A stretch of DNA of 63,775 nucleotides, counting the filler, from Dicyema japonicum (lineage: Eukaryota > Animalia > Dicyemida), in assembly GCA_011109175.1 (NCBI GenBank). It is 10 parts of 10 records of this genome, joined end to end, with 100 filler letters (N's around TTAATTAATTAA, not from the genome) between each part and the next. Parts side by side here need not be neighbours in the genome. Positions count along the whole stretch, not along the records: positions 1 to 21,661 come from RDEW01000034.1; positions 21,762 to 26,246 come from RDEW01000310.1; 8 more parts are not named here. One strand, 5' to 3'. The notes below the pieces were generated by a model. It was given only the letters and a program-made list of their open reading frames with translations, was not told the origin of the DNA and did no database searches. The first letter of the stretch is position 1. Each line of letters starts with the position of its first letter. A program made the position numbers and the translations under genes. Below, in pieces: positions 11,829 through 24,529 of this stretch.

Positions 11829-14330
11829 TGGTTGAACTGGTGACGTGGTTCTGATTAATTATGTCTATTTCACACATGACTAATGATCTCTTCACACTGG
11901 CGTCATTCAACGTCCGTGGATTGAAAGAAAAACATAAAAGGAAGGATTTAATAAGTGACTCAACATCATACAAAATCACTATATGCAGTATACAGGAGAC
12001 TAAAGTGAAGGATGCAGTTGAGGAGAACTACGGAGAGTTTAGACTTATACTACTAGACTCCGAATGCAACCACTACGGACTTGGCTTTGATATACATAAA
12101 TTTCTTGATGGGAGAATCCACAGAGTGTGGAGGGTTAATGACAGAATAGTATTACTCCAGATTAAGAGTGGGAAGACTGATAATTCATTTATATCCATAA
12201 TTAATGTCTACGCACCCACAATGGCGCGGGTTTCTACAAATCCCGATGAATTTGATCTGTTTTATATGTAACTAAAGGATACCATTTCTGATATCAAAGG
12301 CTTGTTAAAAACCTTTCTGTGTTATGATTACGAATTAAAGTGGGACACTGTCCGTGGAGAGAACTCTGCATGGGTATACATGCCAGGGGGAGGAGGAATA
12401 TGTCAGGTGAATCGCTCGTGCAATTTTGCAACATGTTTGACTACTTCAATTGTAATTCTGCCTTCGACCACAATGCATAAGACTACGTGGATTAGACTCA
12501 GAAAGGATGGAAATGGTGACTATGTCCGGATATACAACCAGATTGATAATGTTTTGTGTAAAAGATCTCTTCATGCTTTACTAACAGACTCCTGCAGCTA
12601 CAGAGGCACCATCACTTATAGTGATCATAAATGCTGGTTGCACGTTTCAGAATGAAAAGATTTTTTGGAATATATGGAGCTAGAAAGAATAGAGCTTAAC
12701 TGAATCGTTTTATTGTGGAAAAATTATGCTTATGTGAGAAGACGCGTGAAGATTATTGTATGGCAATTAAGGAGATTGTGAACATAAATATGGAAACTCC
12801 CCTAGAGATGATTTGGGATGCTACTGTTGATGGAATAAAGAAGGCAAGTTTCGACGTGCTTGGGGAAAAAAGGCCGACAGGATTTAAAGGGGTCTTCGAT
12901 CACAAAATTGGTTCATTAACAATTAACAAAAAAATTGCTGCTGAGAATGGAATCATGTAAAAATAATGATTCTTACAACGAGCTAAGAAGAGAAAGAAAT
13001 CGTATTGTCAAGGAGATTAGAAAGAGGAAGTAGGAAATTTATGTCAAGAAAGTTGACGAACGTGTCAGTGAAATGAGAAGTTGGGATACGGAACACAAAT
13101 GTTTCGAGCAGTTCGTCTTTTGCAGAGGGGAGTTCAACCTACGAATATTTGTAATCACGACAGTCAAAGAAGAAATGTATTGGATAATAAAGAAAAAACT
13201 GAGATTATTGCCGAAGATTTTTCAGAACTTTTGAATGAAAATGAAACCTCAGATGTGGAGCCATTTGAGAAATCACCAATAAGCCTGAATCTACCGATAT
13301 ATAAAGNAGCTATGGAGGCACCATTACTTATAGTGATCATAAACTGCTGGTTGCACGTTTCAATAAAGAAAAAACTGAGATTATTGCCGAATATTTTCCA
13401 GGACTTTGGAATGAAAATGAAACCTCAGATGTGGAGCCATTTGAGAAATCACCAAGAAGCCTGAATCTACCGATATCTACAGAGGAAACTAACCTGGCAA
13501 TCATTAAATTAAACAACAACAGGGCAGCGGGACAAGACAACATACATGGAGAAATGATCAAGTATGCACCAGCCGAACTGACGACCCTCATTACAAAGAT
13601 TTTCAATGAGGTATTTGAGACTCATTCCACCTTGAAACTTGGTGATGGAATTTCGATTCCTCTGCATAAACCAGGAAAGAGCAAGGGACCGATAAAAAAT
13701 CTAAGACCTGTGATTTTAATGGGATCATTGAGGGAAATACTATCTCTGATAACCCTTAGTCGGATGTCTTCAGATGTTTATGAATTTTTGTCGCCGGGAC
13801 AGAGTGGGTTCAGAAAGGGACGCTCGACCACAGATGCTGTTTGGTCCCCCAGGTGAATATGTGCCATTTGTCAACGTTACAGGAGTGATTTTAAGATTTT
13901 GGGAGTGGACATGTCCAGTGCGTTTACACTGAGACTCTCTATCTCCGGTTCTATTTGTCGTATACCTGAAATCGGCATTGAGAGCTCTTAGAACAAAATG
14001 TGAAGGATGCATGCCGATGGAGATTATATATGCAGATGACATAGATTTTGTGTCTGAAAATGATCTGGAACTTGGACTTGTTTTAGAGAAAATCCCTGAT
14101 TTAAAGAATTGGCCTCTGCGAGTTAATCAGGAAAAAACTGAACACATAAGAATCACAAGGGAATCAAAATATATCGATGAAAATTGGAGGAAAAAATGAA
14201 AATTGGGATCATTACTTGGTGATAGTGAAGACATGATGTATAGAAGAGTTCTAGCCACTGCCATGTATAAGAAAATGAAGAATATAAAGAGTCGAAGAAA
14301 ATTAATATAAACAAAGCTAAGAATAAGACN
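11829..14330 (+). mobile_element. RTE-like LINE (APE endonuclease + RT), near full length, decayed; partly duplicated across n13307
   Basis: LASFNVRGL, ICSIQETK, IINVYAPT, YNQIDNVL, NNNRAAGQD, QSGFRKGRSTTD, IIYADDIDF. Confidence 0.9.
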
Positions 14331-15329
14331 TCCTTGGACTGTTGATAGTAGACGGACTTCCTCCTCTGACTTCAAAGGATTCGTTTATCCATAGACAGGG
14401 ACTGGTTGCTGCTAAACGGAAAGGTTAAATTTGAAATTTTTTACTATTATTAATTTCTAAATACACTTGGAAAATGACCGGGAGAATATTTATCAACCAC
14501 ATTAAAATACCTTTAACGAAGAAACTGAAAAACTTGCGGATTACCTTCGACAATCCATATCTTTTTCCTCTCATTTCGAAGGCATCTCCGAAAGCTGCTG
14601 AAGAAAGCTAGGGATAATCAAATCTATTTTTGGTGGCATTAAGACACCTTTCCCGGCATTGAAATTATTCATTGAACTATCTGTTAGTTATATCTGTGTG
14701 TCATGGGGAATCAATCTGTGCTGAACGAACAAACAAAAAAAGTGCAACATTGAGTCCCTGACAGCCAATACTATTAGTAATCTGGGAATTTAAAAAACTA
14801 CTCCTCTCATCACTTACGAGGAGAGACAACTTGAGTAGAAATTACATGTAATAAATATAATTATATAAATAATTCTTATTTTTTCTTTTTTAAATGTATA
14901 AAAATGAGTATTAATAAAATGACAATTTAAAAATTATCTTAACATTTAAACTATAGGTTAGTTGTCCTTAAAGTATTTTCAGGCGAGTTGTCCTTTAGCC
15001 TTATATTTGTGTTATATGACTTAAATTCAATAAGCTTATATCCCTTACGAGGGATTCTTGACAGAGTCCTCATATTTTCAAGCATGATTATCTTTTTTCA
15101 AAGGAAGCCAAAGAGGTTTTTTATCGCTTTTAATCAAAGCTGGGTTACCATTATAAACGCTGTTATCAGCCAAGAAACCTATTCTGATAGCATTTACTGC
15201 ATAAATTACAGCGATACCACTAAGCAAATTCAAATCTCGTCCAAAATGGACAAGGTGAACTTGGTGTAGCTGTTTCTAAACATTCCGACTCGTCTAATAG
15301 GTTCAGGAAGTCATCCCTTATGTTCTTGA

Positions 15330-16400
15330 CGAGGAAATCCTCTTTTAAAGTGATGATGTATAAGTACTCTTAGTGCAACTATAAAGTCAGGATTTATCAG
15401 ATGGGTTACATTTAGCGTCTGACTACTGGTTTTGTAAATTTTGACTGAAAGGTTACAAATTTGTGATATGGTAGCCCAGTTCGACTTAAAAATTACGCCA
15501 TATCATCCCGAATTTACCTACATGTGGTTGACTCTGGTAATCAAAGGACATCAAGCCATCTAGTATTTGTTTCTTCTATATTTTGCCGACAATTTTGAAC
15601 TAAAAGACCAAATTCCTACCTAATCTGTGAGTTGAATTTTTGAGATTTGTTTAGACAGGTTAGTCCCCCATACTTCAGTCAGAACAAATTTTGGAGATAC
15701 TTAAATGAGGTTCACACCTGCTTTTGAATGCTCATATTCCTTCTTTGATTTGATTTTCAAACGTTTGGAGTTGTAATTTGTCGTTTAATCCAAAATAGGT
15801 GTCTGGGTAACAATCCAATCAATTTGTACAGCGTCATGGGTTTTATAGGCTATTTGCTGATATCTCTCCCTGCAAACAAATCAAATCAACCTTCATGGAT
15901 AAAACATAAATTATGTACCCAGTCGTTCTAGTTCGGAGACGATTTACTAGTATTTAGTTGTGTGAAATTTAGTTGGGACACTCTGGACTCATTAGGCCTG
16001 TTTTATAAGATAATCTGCCTTTTTGTTATTACAGAGAATTATTCACGCAGAATTGCTAAAGTTTTATAATTTCATAAGAATAGGCATTCGTCTCGTATGA
16101 TCGGTGGGAGACATATTAGTAAACAATTTCTTGATATCCATCACCTATTTGTGGGTTGGGAATACACAAATGGGCGAAATTATGCACAAACGGTTTCTTC
16201 TGACTGATACTGTATGTATGGGCTGATTGAACCAAAAAAGTACAAGTTGGTGAAGGATCACTCCACATGAAGGTTTTGGTTATTCTGAAACCAGATTCCC
16301 ATAGACATTGTGGACACTAAGCACGTCTATTGGATTTTTATTTTTCTCCCCTTCATCAGATTTATAGTAGAAAGTGTTCCCAGATATGTTTGTGATGATT
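15330..16400 (-). mobile_element. Possible Penelope-like element remnant
   Basis: Weak motifs DIKKLFTNM (cf. FDVxSLFTN) and a KPxT-like segment; heavily broken. Confidence 0.3.
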
Positions 16401-16544
16401 TAACGAGTATCACATTGCTGATATTGAGGCTAATTTAATAAGACTTCAGGATTCCCACTTTGTGCAAAGAAGGGTAGTAAATAGAGGTACTTGGTTATCA
16501 ATATTTTAAAAGAATGTAATGGCAAAGGACCAAATGCAGACTAG

Positions 16545-16990
16545 TTAATGCAATCGTGTTCCCGGTTTTTTTATACGGCGTAGAATCATGGATATTGAAG
16601 AAGGCGATAGACGAAAAATTGATGCTTTTGAGCTGTTGTGCTGGAGGAGGTTACTAAGAATCTCTTGGACTTCCAAAATAACAAACATCGATGTACTCAA
16701 ACGGGTAGAGACTGACATTTCGCTAGAGGGAAGAATCGTAAAACACAGATTTGCGTTCTTTGGGCATGTTGTCCGCTCTGATTCACTAAAGAACCATTAT
16801 GCTGAGCAATATTACTGGGAAGAGAAGACCTGGCCGACCAAGGACTCGGTGGCTATCCACGGTGGAAGACGTCACGGGAATGCCTATATCAAGGCTACTC
16901 CAAATTGCAACGGATCGGGGAGAGTGGAAGAAACTCGTTCATGAGATCTCCAAGGGTCGGACACGACTTAATTGGACAACATAACATAAT
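16545..16990 (+). mobile_element. RTE/BovB-type LINE 3' fragment
   Basis: VFLYGVESW, KIDAFELLCWRRLLRISWT, GKRRPGRPRTRW, ATDRGEWKKLV. Confidence 0.85.
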
Positions 16991-17126
16991 GGCAAAGGGG
17001 TCTGTGACGAATCAAGCTGGAATACGGAATCAAATCGGTTTACATGTTCTAATTTTGAAGGGATTGCTTTTAAGGAAGATTGTGTAGAAATGTGTGACTT
17101 TTGTTGAACTTTTTATAGAATGTGTG

Positions 17127-17270
17127 AACTTTATATAATTGAAAATAATTACGACACAGATGGAAGAACCAGAAAAAGCGATTACATTCCCAATGAGATG
17201 TTCACATACCACTTGAGCTGTTCCTACAGCTTCGATAATCCACTAAATTAGAGATTTCGACTATACTTTA
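17127..17270. repeat. Dispersed ~144-bp repeat, copy 1 (copy 2 at 21518-21661)
   Basis: Near-identical sequence aactttatataattg...cgactatacttta at both sites. Confidence 0.8.
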
Positions 17271-18039
17271 GAAACCTCTAATCCCCAAGAAGATACATGT
17301 CTTTGTTGTAAGAAAAACCTGTATCGGTCCGGTGTAACGTAAATATTATGTTTCGAAATGTGGATCTATTCGCTATTTATTATCAACATTTAATACTATG
17401 TGGATAAGTAAAAATACTAAGTATAGACCGAAATAAACTTCAAATCCTTCAAACAGGCTCAATTTTCTTAATAGAATACATAAGACTGTGATGGGTAATA
17501 TAAAGAACACGAGGTGAATACGTCTGAAGAGGGTATTCAGTAAGATCGATAGTCGGTTTTTTATAAAATGTGTAATCGATTTAAGTTACGTATCTTATAT
17601 AATACAAAGATAACCATTAATACAAAAGAGAAAACCTTACAATTACGGAATCCCGGAATAGCTCACCAACAACTTCATTTTCACTTCTTGTGGCTCGAAC
17701 TAGTGGCGGATATTCTAGTGAGATGAATGAACACTCGTTCTCCTCATTAGGATCTTTATAAAGATTGGCTCTATTAGTGAATACGATAATTTGTTAAAAG
17801 TTCCATTACTGAGAACTGGACGTCTTTTATCTTTTTCAGAAGCGTCTTTGATAGTTTATTTCTCCAGGCGGGACAATCGTAGTTTACTCAACATACTGAT
17901 TCAACATACTGAATATATAGGTATCGTAGAGTCGAAAGTGAATTAGCTTTTATGTTGTTGTCTTTTTAAATTTCTTTTTGAAAACTTTTCAAATAGATGA
18001 TATTATTTTTTTTAAATAATTTTAATTTTTTAACAATTA

Positions 18040-18330
18040 AACAAATGTCAGTTGAGGGAGCCTGCTGCGTGAATTGCGAACGAGTTCCCTTGGAGTATGG
18101 CCAATCCAATCTTTTGTCTAAGTCATAACCCTTCTCGTTGATCCCTTTTGTTTTTGGCAAGCATTCCTCCGAGTTCTCGCAAGAACTCAGCTGTCATTAG
18201 ACCAACGGCTCCCGATGATTCGGTAGCAACAGGAGTAAATCGGTAGCGATCCCTGAGGCAAGAATGATAATCTCCGGGGTTCCTTCGAGATTCAAAAACT
18301 TTTCATAGTAAGTCGGTGCATCTGGTGCTT
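18040..18330 (-). mobile_element. CRE-like retrotransposon 3' end
   Basis: Nucleotide similarity to 24730-24920 (3' end of the larger CRE copy). Confidence 0.7.
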
Positions 18331-18761
18331 CAGTATTAAGGTATTTAGGACCTCGGGGGTACAAGAAAATACTGTATCATCGGACGTGACAACCCGTAAG
18401 GCTGCCCGCCGTCGTCCTCCAGAAGTTTCCGGTATACTCTCTCCTTTAGTTTATTTGGAGCATCTTTGGTTTATGCTCCTCTGGTTTCGAGCTCATTGAC
18501 ATTAAGTGGCTGTTCAAATATTGCGTGTATGTTATGACAACTAAAATTCATAATGTTTCGTTTCAGTTTCCCGGATTAGTTGAGTCATGAATTTGTTTCA
18601 TATTACTATCCTCAGATTCATTTGTAGGTATTCCAAGTGCGACAGGTGCAAAGCATATAAGTTTTAGCCAGGATTCCCTACTGTCAGAAGATAATGGGTG
18701 ATCAATGGCATTTGAAAGATACGTTGCTGCTGCAATTAGTACTCCTTTAGGGATTTTTACA

Positions 18762-19291
18762 NNNNNNNNNNNNNNNNNNNNNNNNNNNNNNNNNNNNNNN
18801 NNNNNNNNNNNNNNNNNNNNNNNNNNNNNNNNNNNNNNNNNNNNNNNNNNNNNNNNNNNNNNNNNNNNNNNNNNNNNNNNNNNNNNNNNNNNNNNNNNNN
18901 NNNNNNNNNNNNNNNNNNNNNNNNNNNNNNNNNNNNNNNNNNNNNNNNNNNNNNNNNNNNNNNNNNNNNNNNNNNNNNNNNNNNNNNNNNNNNNNNNNNN
19001 NNNNNNNNNNNNNNNNNNNNNNNNNNNNNNNNNNNNNNNNNNNNNNNNNNNNNNNNNNNNNNNNNNNNNNNNNNNNNNNNNNNNNNNNNNNNNNNNNNNN
19101 NNNNNNNNNNNNNNNNNNNNNNNNNNNNNNNNNNNNNNNNNNNNNNNNNNNNNNNNNNNNNNNNNNNNNNNNNNNNNNNNNNNNNNNNNNNNNNNNNNNN
19201 NNNNNNNNNNNNNNNNNNNNNNNNNNNNNNNNNNNNNNNNNNNNNNNNNNNNNNNNNNNNNNNNNNNNNNNNNNNNNNNNNNNNNNNNNNN
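18762..19291. other. Scaffold gap (530 N)
   Basis: Run of N without a linker. Confidence 0.95.
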
Positions 19292-19935
19292 TTCATGATC
19301 GCGAGAGCCATCGTGTCATTCTTACTCTCCATTCCATAGTCCTACAAGCCTCCTAATTAACATGATAAACTTTGCTGGGATGAAGTAAAGATCGCCAGAC
19401 GTCTCAACGAAGATCGACTGGAATCTAACCGATCCCGAATCTTATAATACTTCCTTCCTTTAATATAAGTGACAATCTTTTCATTATGTTTATATCTACG
19501 TTCACTCTGTTCGCCCTTCTCTGGACAGCCATGTTTTGCTTACAAGACGCATGTAAGCTAAATATATGGCTCGATTTAGTGGTTGTATTACGTTGTTAGA
19601 ATAAGGGGTTGTCTTACATAGCTTTGAGAGGATTTTCAGTAGATCTTTACGTGTCATGAGAAGCACATGTACATAATAGTGATTTTTTGGAATTTGTTAA
19701 AAGGGTATTGATATCGTTTTCATGAGATTATTTGCTTTCTCAGTCTCTTGTCCGGCCGTGAATAGATAGGCGATTGATTTTTTTGGGTTAATCAATAGTC
19801 GGTGGTACTTAACAAACCGTATAGTTAACCAAATGTTAAATTTCCTCATGATCGAACCGTATAGTTCGTTTTCAATTCGCACTATGAAAGGCTGGTTAAG
19901 ATTAAGTTAAAAAAGATAGGGGATAGTGGTGATTC

Positions 19936-20167
19936 CTAGAACGTAATTAGAAAGAATCCGTGATATCCAAAGTAAACGAGTCAACCAATCGCAACGGAAG
20001 TGAGCCAGCCGAGTTTAAAATTTCTAGAGACTCTATTTTGAAAATCTTATACTAGAACGTAATTAGAAAGAATCCGTGATATCCAAAGTAAACGAGTCAA
20101 CCAATCGCAACGGAAGTGAGCCAGCCGAGTTTAAAATTTCTAGAGACTCTATTTTGAAAATCTTATA
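19936..20167. repeat. 116-bp exact tandem duplication
   Basis: ctagaacgtaattag...aatcttata occurs at 19936 and 20052. Confidence 0.9.
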
Positions 20168-20169
20168 CA

Positions 20170-20800
20170 CGAGAATATTTAATTGGATAAATTGAACGCT
20201 TTGCAGATATAAATAGATCAAAGTAGTTTTCATATGTCTAGTTTGTGGCAACACGGAGCGGGTAATTTGATGAGAATAAAAGATGACTAAAGTCAACCTC
20301 TTTCTTTTAAAATCACATTGGGACTGTATATTTTGTAGAACATCCATGATTTTGAAAGAGATAGTTTTCCTGGATTTTAGAAATCTCACACAAATCGCTA
20401 TATATGGTGTTGAATCTTTCTTCTGTTTTCCAGGTTTAGAATGCTGGATATCATCGTATTGATTAAAAAGTAATGGATTTTTGTTAAGATTCCATGTTTT
20501 CCCGATTTTTTAGAATATCATAGGATTCCTATCAGTGATCTCGATGCTCACAGCAGAGCACTAAGTATCACAGGGAAACAACCTCATTTCTTGATGATAC
20601 TTTCCGACCACGTCCGTACAACTAGAAGAAATTTATCTTGGTTTTAAAGCAGAGCATAAATTGAATCAATGGGAAGATTATCAACCTACCCTCGACCTAC
20701 GTTTATCTATTGACAGTCAAAACCATCTTTAAATGAGTCGAGGTTCCTTGAGAGTTAATACGATGATTAAGCTTGTAGGTATATTATCGATATTCTAATT
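20170..20800 (-). pseudogene. Possible D5-type SF3 primase-helicase remnant (Polinton/large DNA virus-like)
   Basis: Broken frames read ILSALL..SRSLIGIL.YSKKSGKHG (Walker-A-like), SKIQENYL, HLLFSSNYPL and KRSIYPIKY, in D5 NTPase order. Confidence 0.3.
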
Positions 20801-21661
20801 CATTCCAAAGTAAGGAGTTATTTTATGGATATTTATACGTGTCCGCCTATGCGGACTGGACAATTCCGATGTATTCACACTCCATTTAGTTATTTCTATT
20901 GTTGGTTGAATTTCGTCCTAGTGTTGGATCCCATGAATCCTGACCTTATCTCCAGAGAGTAGTAGGTACAAAGCTAGTAAGCCCATCTCCAGTTAGTTCT
21001 CCTATAGTAAGTCCCTTCCCAGTATATTTTTTTCCACAGTGGTCCCAAGCCCCCTCTAGTGACCAATAATGTGGTTAACAAAGTCTTGCGTAGAACCCGA
21101 TTCGAATGTAGGGAACATTTGGTATGGGTCCTTTAGGTCCTGTAGGGATCAAAGTCGGTACGATGACAAAGTTCCGTGTAGACCCGGGTTCGAATGTAGG
21201 GATTCAATTGTTGTGGGCACCAGGTCCAACTTGGAGAATATCCAGAGATTTTGACCCTTCGTCTACTGCGCTTTCAATAGGTTTCTTCGTAATTGTGAAT
21301 AATCCTAAAGACTTGTGATATGCTTCTCCACAGTATAATGGGTTCCTTCGTAATTGTGACCATATCCTTCCGACTTGTGAGTTTTTGTGCATCATAGTTA
21401 TATTCTATTAATAATTTGGCGGCATTCAACATTGTAGATGTGTAGGCATTGACAGCTACAAGATCAGGGTACCCTTTAGTAGTCAAGGCACGCTTTAATG
21501 CGTCGACTAAGTAAATAAACTTTATATAATTGAAAATAATTACGACACAGATGGAAGAACCAGAAAAAGCGATTACATTCCCAATGAGATGTTCACATAT
21601 CACTTGAGCTGTTCCTTCAGCTTCGATAATCCACTAAATTAGAGATTTCGACTATACTTTA

Positions 21662-21761
21662 NNNNNNNNNNNNNNNNNNNNNNNNNNNNNNNNNNNNNNN
21701 NNNNNTTAATTAATTAANNNNNNNNNNNNNNNNNNNNNNNNNNNNNNNNNNNNNNNNNNNN
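21662..21761. other. Artificial 100-nt contig linker (44N-TTAATTAATTAA-44N); identical linkers at 26247, 32112, 38421, 41310, 49543, 53706, 56811 and 62247
   Basis: Exact same length and six-frame-stop core at nine sites. Confidence 0.95.
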
Positions 21762-22084
21762 CAAATACTATAGTTTATGAAATGATGATATCTCAGTAAT
21801 AAAACCATTAATTTCATCCATTCAACAAGTGAATTATCAAGTTGATGATGTTTACCACTTAGCTGTCTAGCTATTCGTAGTTTCACAGTTTTCCACATTC
21901 ACGGTTTAGTAGAATATCTGAAAGTGTAGAAATTCTCAAATAAGGGTTCATATTTGATGTATTTTTATTTCACAAATATTACTTTTTTCTACCATGAGAT
22001 ACTGTTAGATTTAAAATTAAATGTAAATTTATTTGAATGTCATAAAAACAAAATAAATTAATCCGAAATATTTAATAAATGTTA

Positions 22085-22207
22085 TTCGGATTGCGGATTA
22101 TGACGTTTCGGTTTATTGAAGCCTGTTTGTAAGGATATTGTAAAATTTTTCTAACTCGTCAAAAAAATTCGGATTATTGAAGTTCGGATTATAGAGGGTT
22201 TACTGTA
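22085..22207. mobile_element. pogo/Tigger-type terminal inverted repeat with subterminal CGGATT repeats
   Basis: Ends ...gagggtttactg|ta; a reverse-complement homologue lies at ~62200-62240. Confidence 0.65.
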
Positions 22208-22299
22208 TTTATAATCTCTTCTCTTAATAAGACTAGTAATTCTACTACTCACTTGCCTGAGTGACAACATACTTTAGGCAGATGTAGTTTCAATAGCTT

Positions 22300-23650
22300 T
22301 TTTAAATTCCGACTAAACTGATGACAACTCTGCCTCAAAATTCTCAGAAAGCATCCAACGTCATGATAGAACCTTGAAATCTTTTTGTTGAAAATTTACA
22401 TCGATGCTTCAAAGCCCCCGATTTAGGAGTAAAATAAATATCACTTTATTCCATCAATCAAAATACCGCAAAAAATGTTACCAAAATAAACGAGCCAATC
22501 ACAATCAATTACAATATAGACTTACAGACCGCCCACCTGCATTATCCAAATTCGTCCCAATTTGATGTCGGAAATGAGAGTACACCATGTTGAGACATTC
22601 TAGAATTAGATTCAGCCAAACTTTGACAATTTGATCATATTGCTGGAATCTTTGGAAAGAAATAATGTTTAAATATGGGAGATTAGCGGATTCAAGATTT
22701 CCACAAGTCTCAGCAATGAGAGACACGTGTTCGCTTTTCAGTACCTTTCCGAACGCATTGGTACAGCAAAGCACAAAACCTAAACGATCAATTCAAGAGA
22801 TAAACAAATAAAATCTCACATGAAAATTTGTGAGTGAAATTAATCAGACTGTCTACAACTCGCATCACATCATCATTTTCCATGTAAACATAAACAGGAG
22901 ATTCAATAATGTGCTGACAGCATATTGAAGTTAAACAGTCACAGAGAAGCTTCATGGTTTCATTTCTTAAAAATAACAGCAAATGAGGCTTACGGGGTGC
23001 TTCAGCCCGTTCGATGTTGTTACTTGAAAACCGAAGATTGTAGTGATTCTCGCGACAAGGTCTGTCGTTCAGACATCTCCGAAGAGCTCGTCCAAGTAGT
23101 GGATGAGCATCGATCTAGAATCAAAAAAGATAGAAAACTCGAATAATCTGGTTTAACGCCAGAATATTTGTCGAATGGGAATCATTCATTTTGCCGATAA
23201 TTAGCATATTTAAAGAATCTTCAAAAACATCCACGTGTTTAATGGGCATAAAATCCATTGTGGTCATCTAAACTGAGACCGAGTCTCAGCTTCCACGTCA
23301 AAAATCAAAATCTCTTACTTTAAAATACAGCCTGTTCAATGGATCCGCGATAGAAACAACGGAAGTTGAATTGATGGGAAAGACAGTAGACAACCACTTG
23401 GCAATCGATTCTCATACATCTGTAGGGAGACTGGGATCTCTACAACGGGTTATAAAAGGTACTGGCAGAGCATAAATGGTACTCATCTCCAAAAATCCAT
23501 TGAGGTAGCCAAGCACTGATTGCAGAACTGGCAAAATTTGAGAAAAGAATTTGATGTATCCAAAGGGTTTTGAAGACATCATCTCATTCTTTTAGGGCTA
23601 AAAAGGAAGTTCTCATGATGTTGTGCCAAACCTCGGTATTTTTGACATTC
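22300..23650 (-). pseudogene. Unidentified intron-containing, helical-looking protein gene remnant
   Basis: Stacked minus-strand ORFs (22505-22774, 22788-22982) and GT..AG micro-intron-like gaps; family not recognised. Confidence 0.3.
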
Positions 23651-24529
23651 TTGAACTCAAAAAAGTCAGAAAAGCACTCACTGAGGTATGATTTAATCAC
23701 CTCGCGTAAAAATTGATACAAAACGATTGAAAAATGCTATAAATCACAGAAGCATTACTTTAGGTAAGTCGACTTTTCAGGATGAAAAAACTCGAAAACA
23801 GCAAATGATCTGCAATTTACAAATGCGACAGATAAGTAAGTGGAACCGAATACATGTGTTAGTGAATAGTCAAATAGATGAAGAATATTTCAAATTAGAT
23901 GGTTTCCATAATTAGATTATTAGATATATAAAACTATGAAGGTAATTAGTTGGAACTCTAAGAAGTTGTGTGAAAAAAAGAATCTTATTAAATCCTTTTG
24001 ATCTGAATGGTGTTCCATAAGGTTAGTGGAATTGTGGTTTTATTCGCTTATAATTTAGCTTAGGTCTATGATTTTAATATAGATTGAATTATACCTGAAC
24101 TTTAAGGCAAAAATGATTATTTATTATTATTTTTTATCCGGATACACCGAGAAAAAGTTAAAGTAAACCAGTAATTAAGTGATCCAGTTTCCCTTCTACA
24201 GAAGCAAGTCCATCCGGATTCACATAAAGGGTAAGACGTCATTACATGCAGTTGTGAAAGCCCTCCATGGAGTGGGGAAGAGCAAATGTCTTTTTCATGC
24301 GGCCTGGCAATGGCGTCACCTAGACAGGTGGACATGACGCACTCTATTAGGAAGAGAGAGGAGAACAGACAGCAAGCAGAAAATTAAACCAATTAACCAG
24401 CAGCACCCACGCGGCAAAATAAGGCAAGAATGATGTTCAACTAGACAACATTCATTTCAATTTGAAATTATTTTTGCAATTAATTTATAAAGGATACTAT
24501 GAATTTTTTTACAATTATTAAAAAAAAAC

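Noticed and set aside
18705-19332. Long ORFs of 197 and 191 aa in the ORF track
   Set aside because: They run through the N gap; the same applies to other X-containing ORFs
21706-21717. Palindromic TTAATTAATTAA recurring nine times as a possible biological motif
   Set aside because: Always centred in exactly 44 N + 44 N; an artificial six-frame-stop linker
22314-22360. Hammerhead ribozyme (CTGATGA...GAAA)
   Set aside because: No stem II complementarity or flanking stems; other CTGATGA hits also fail
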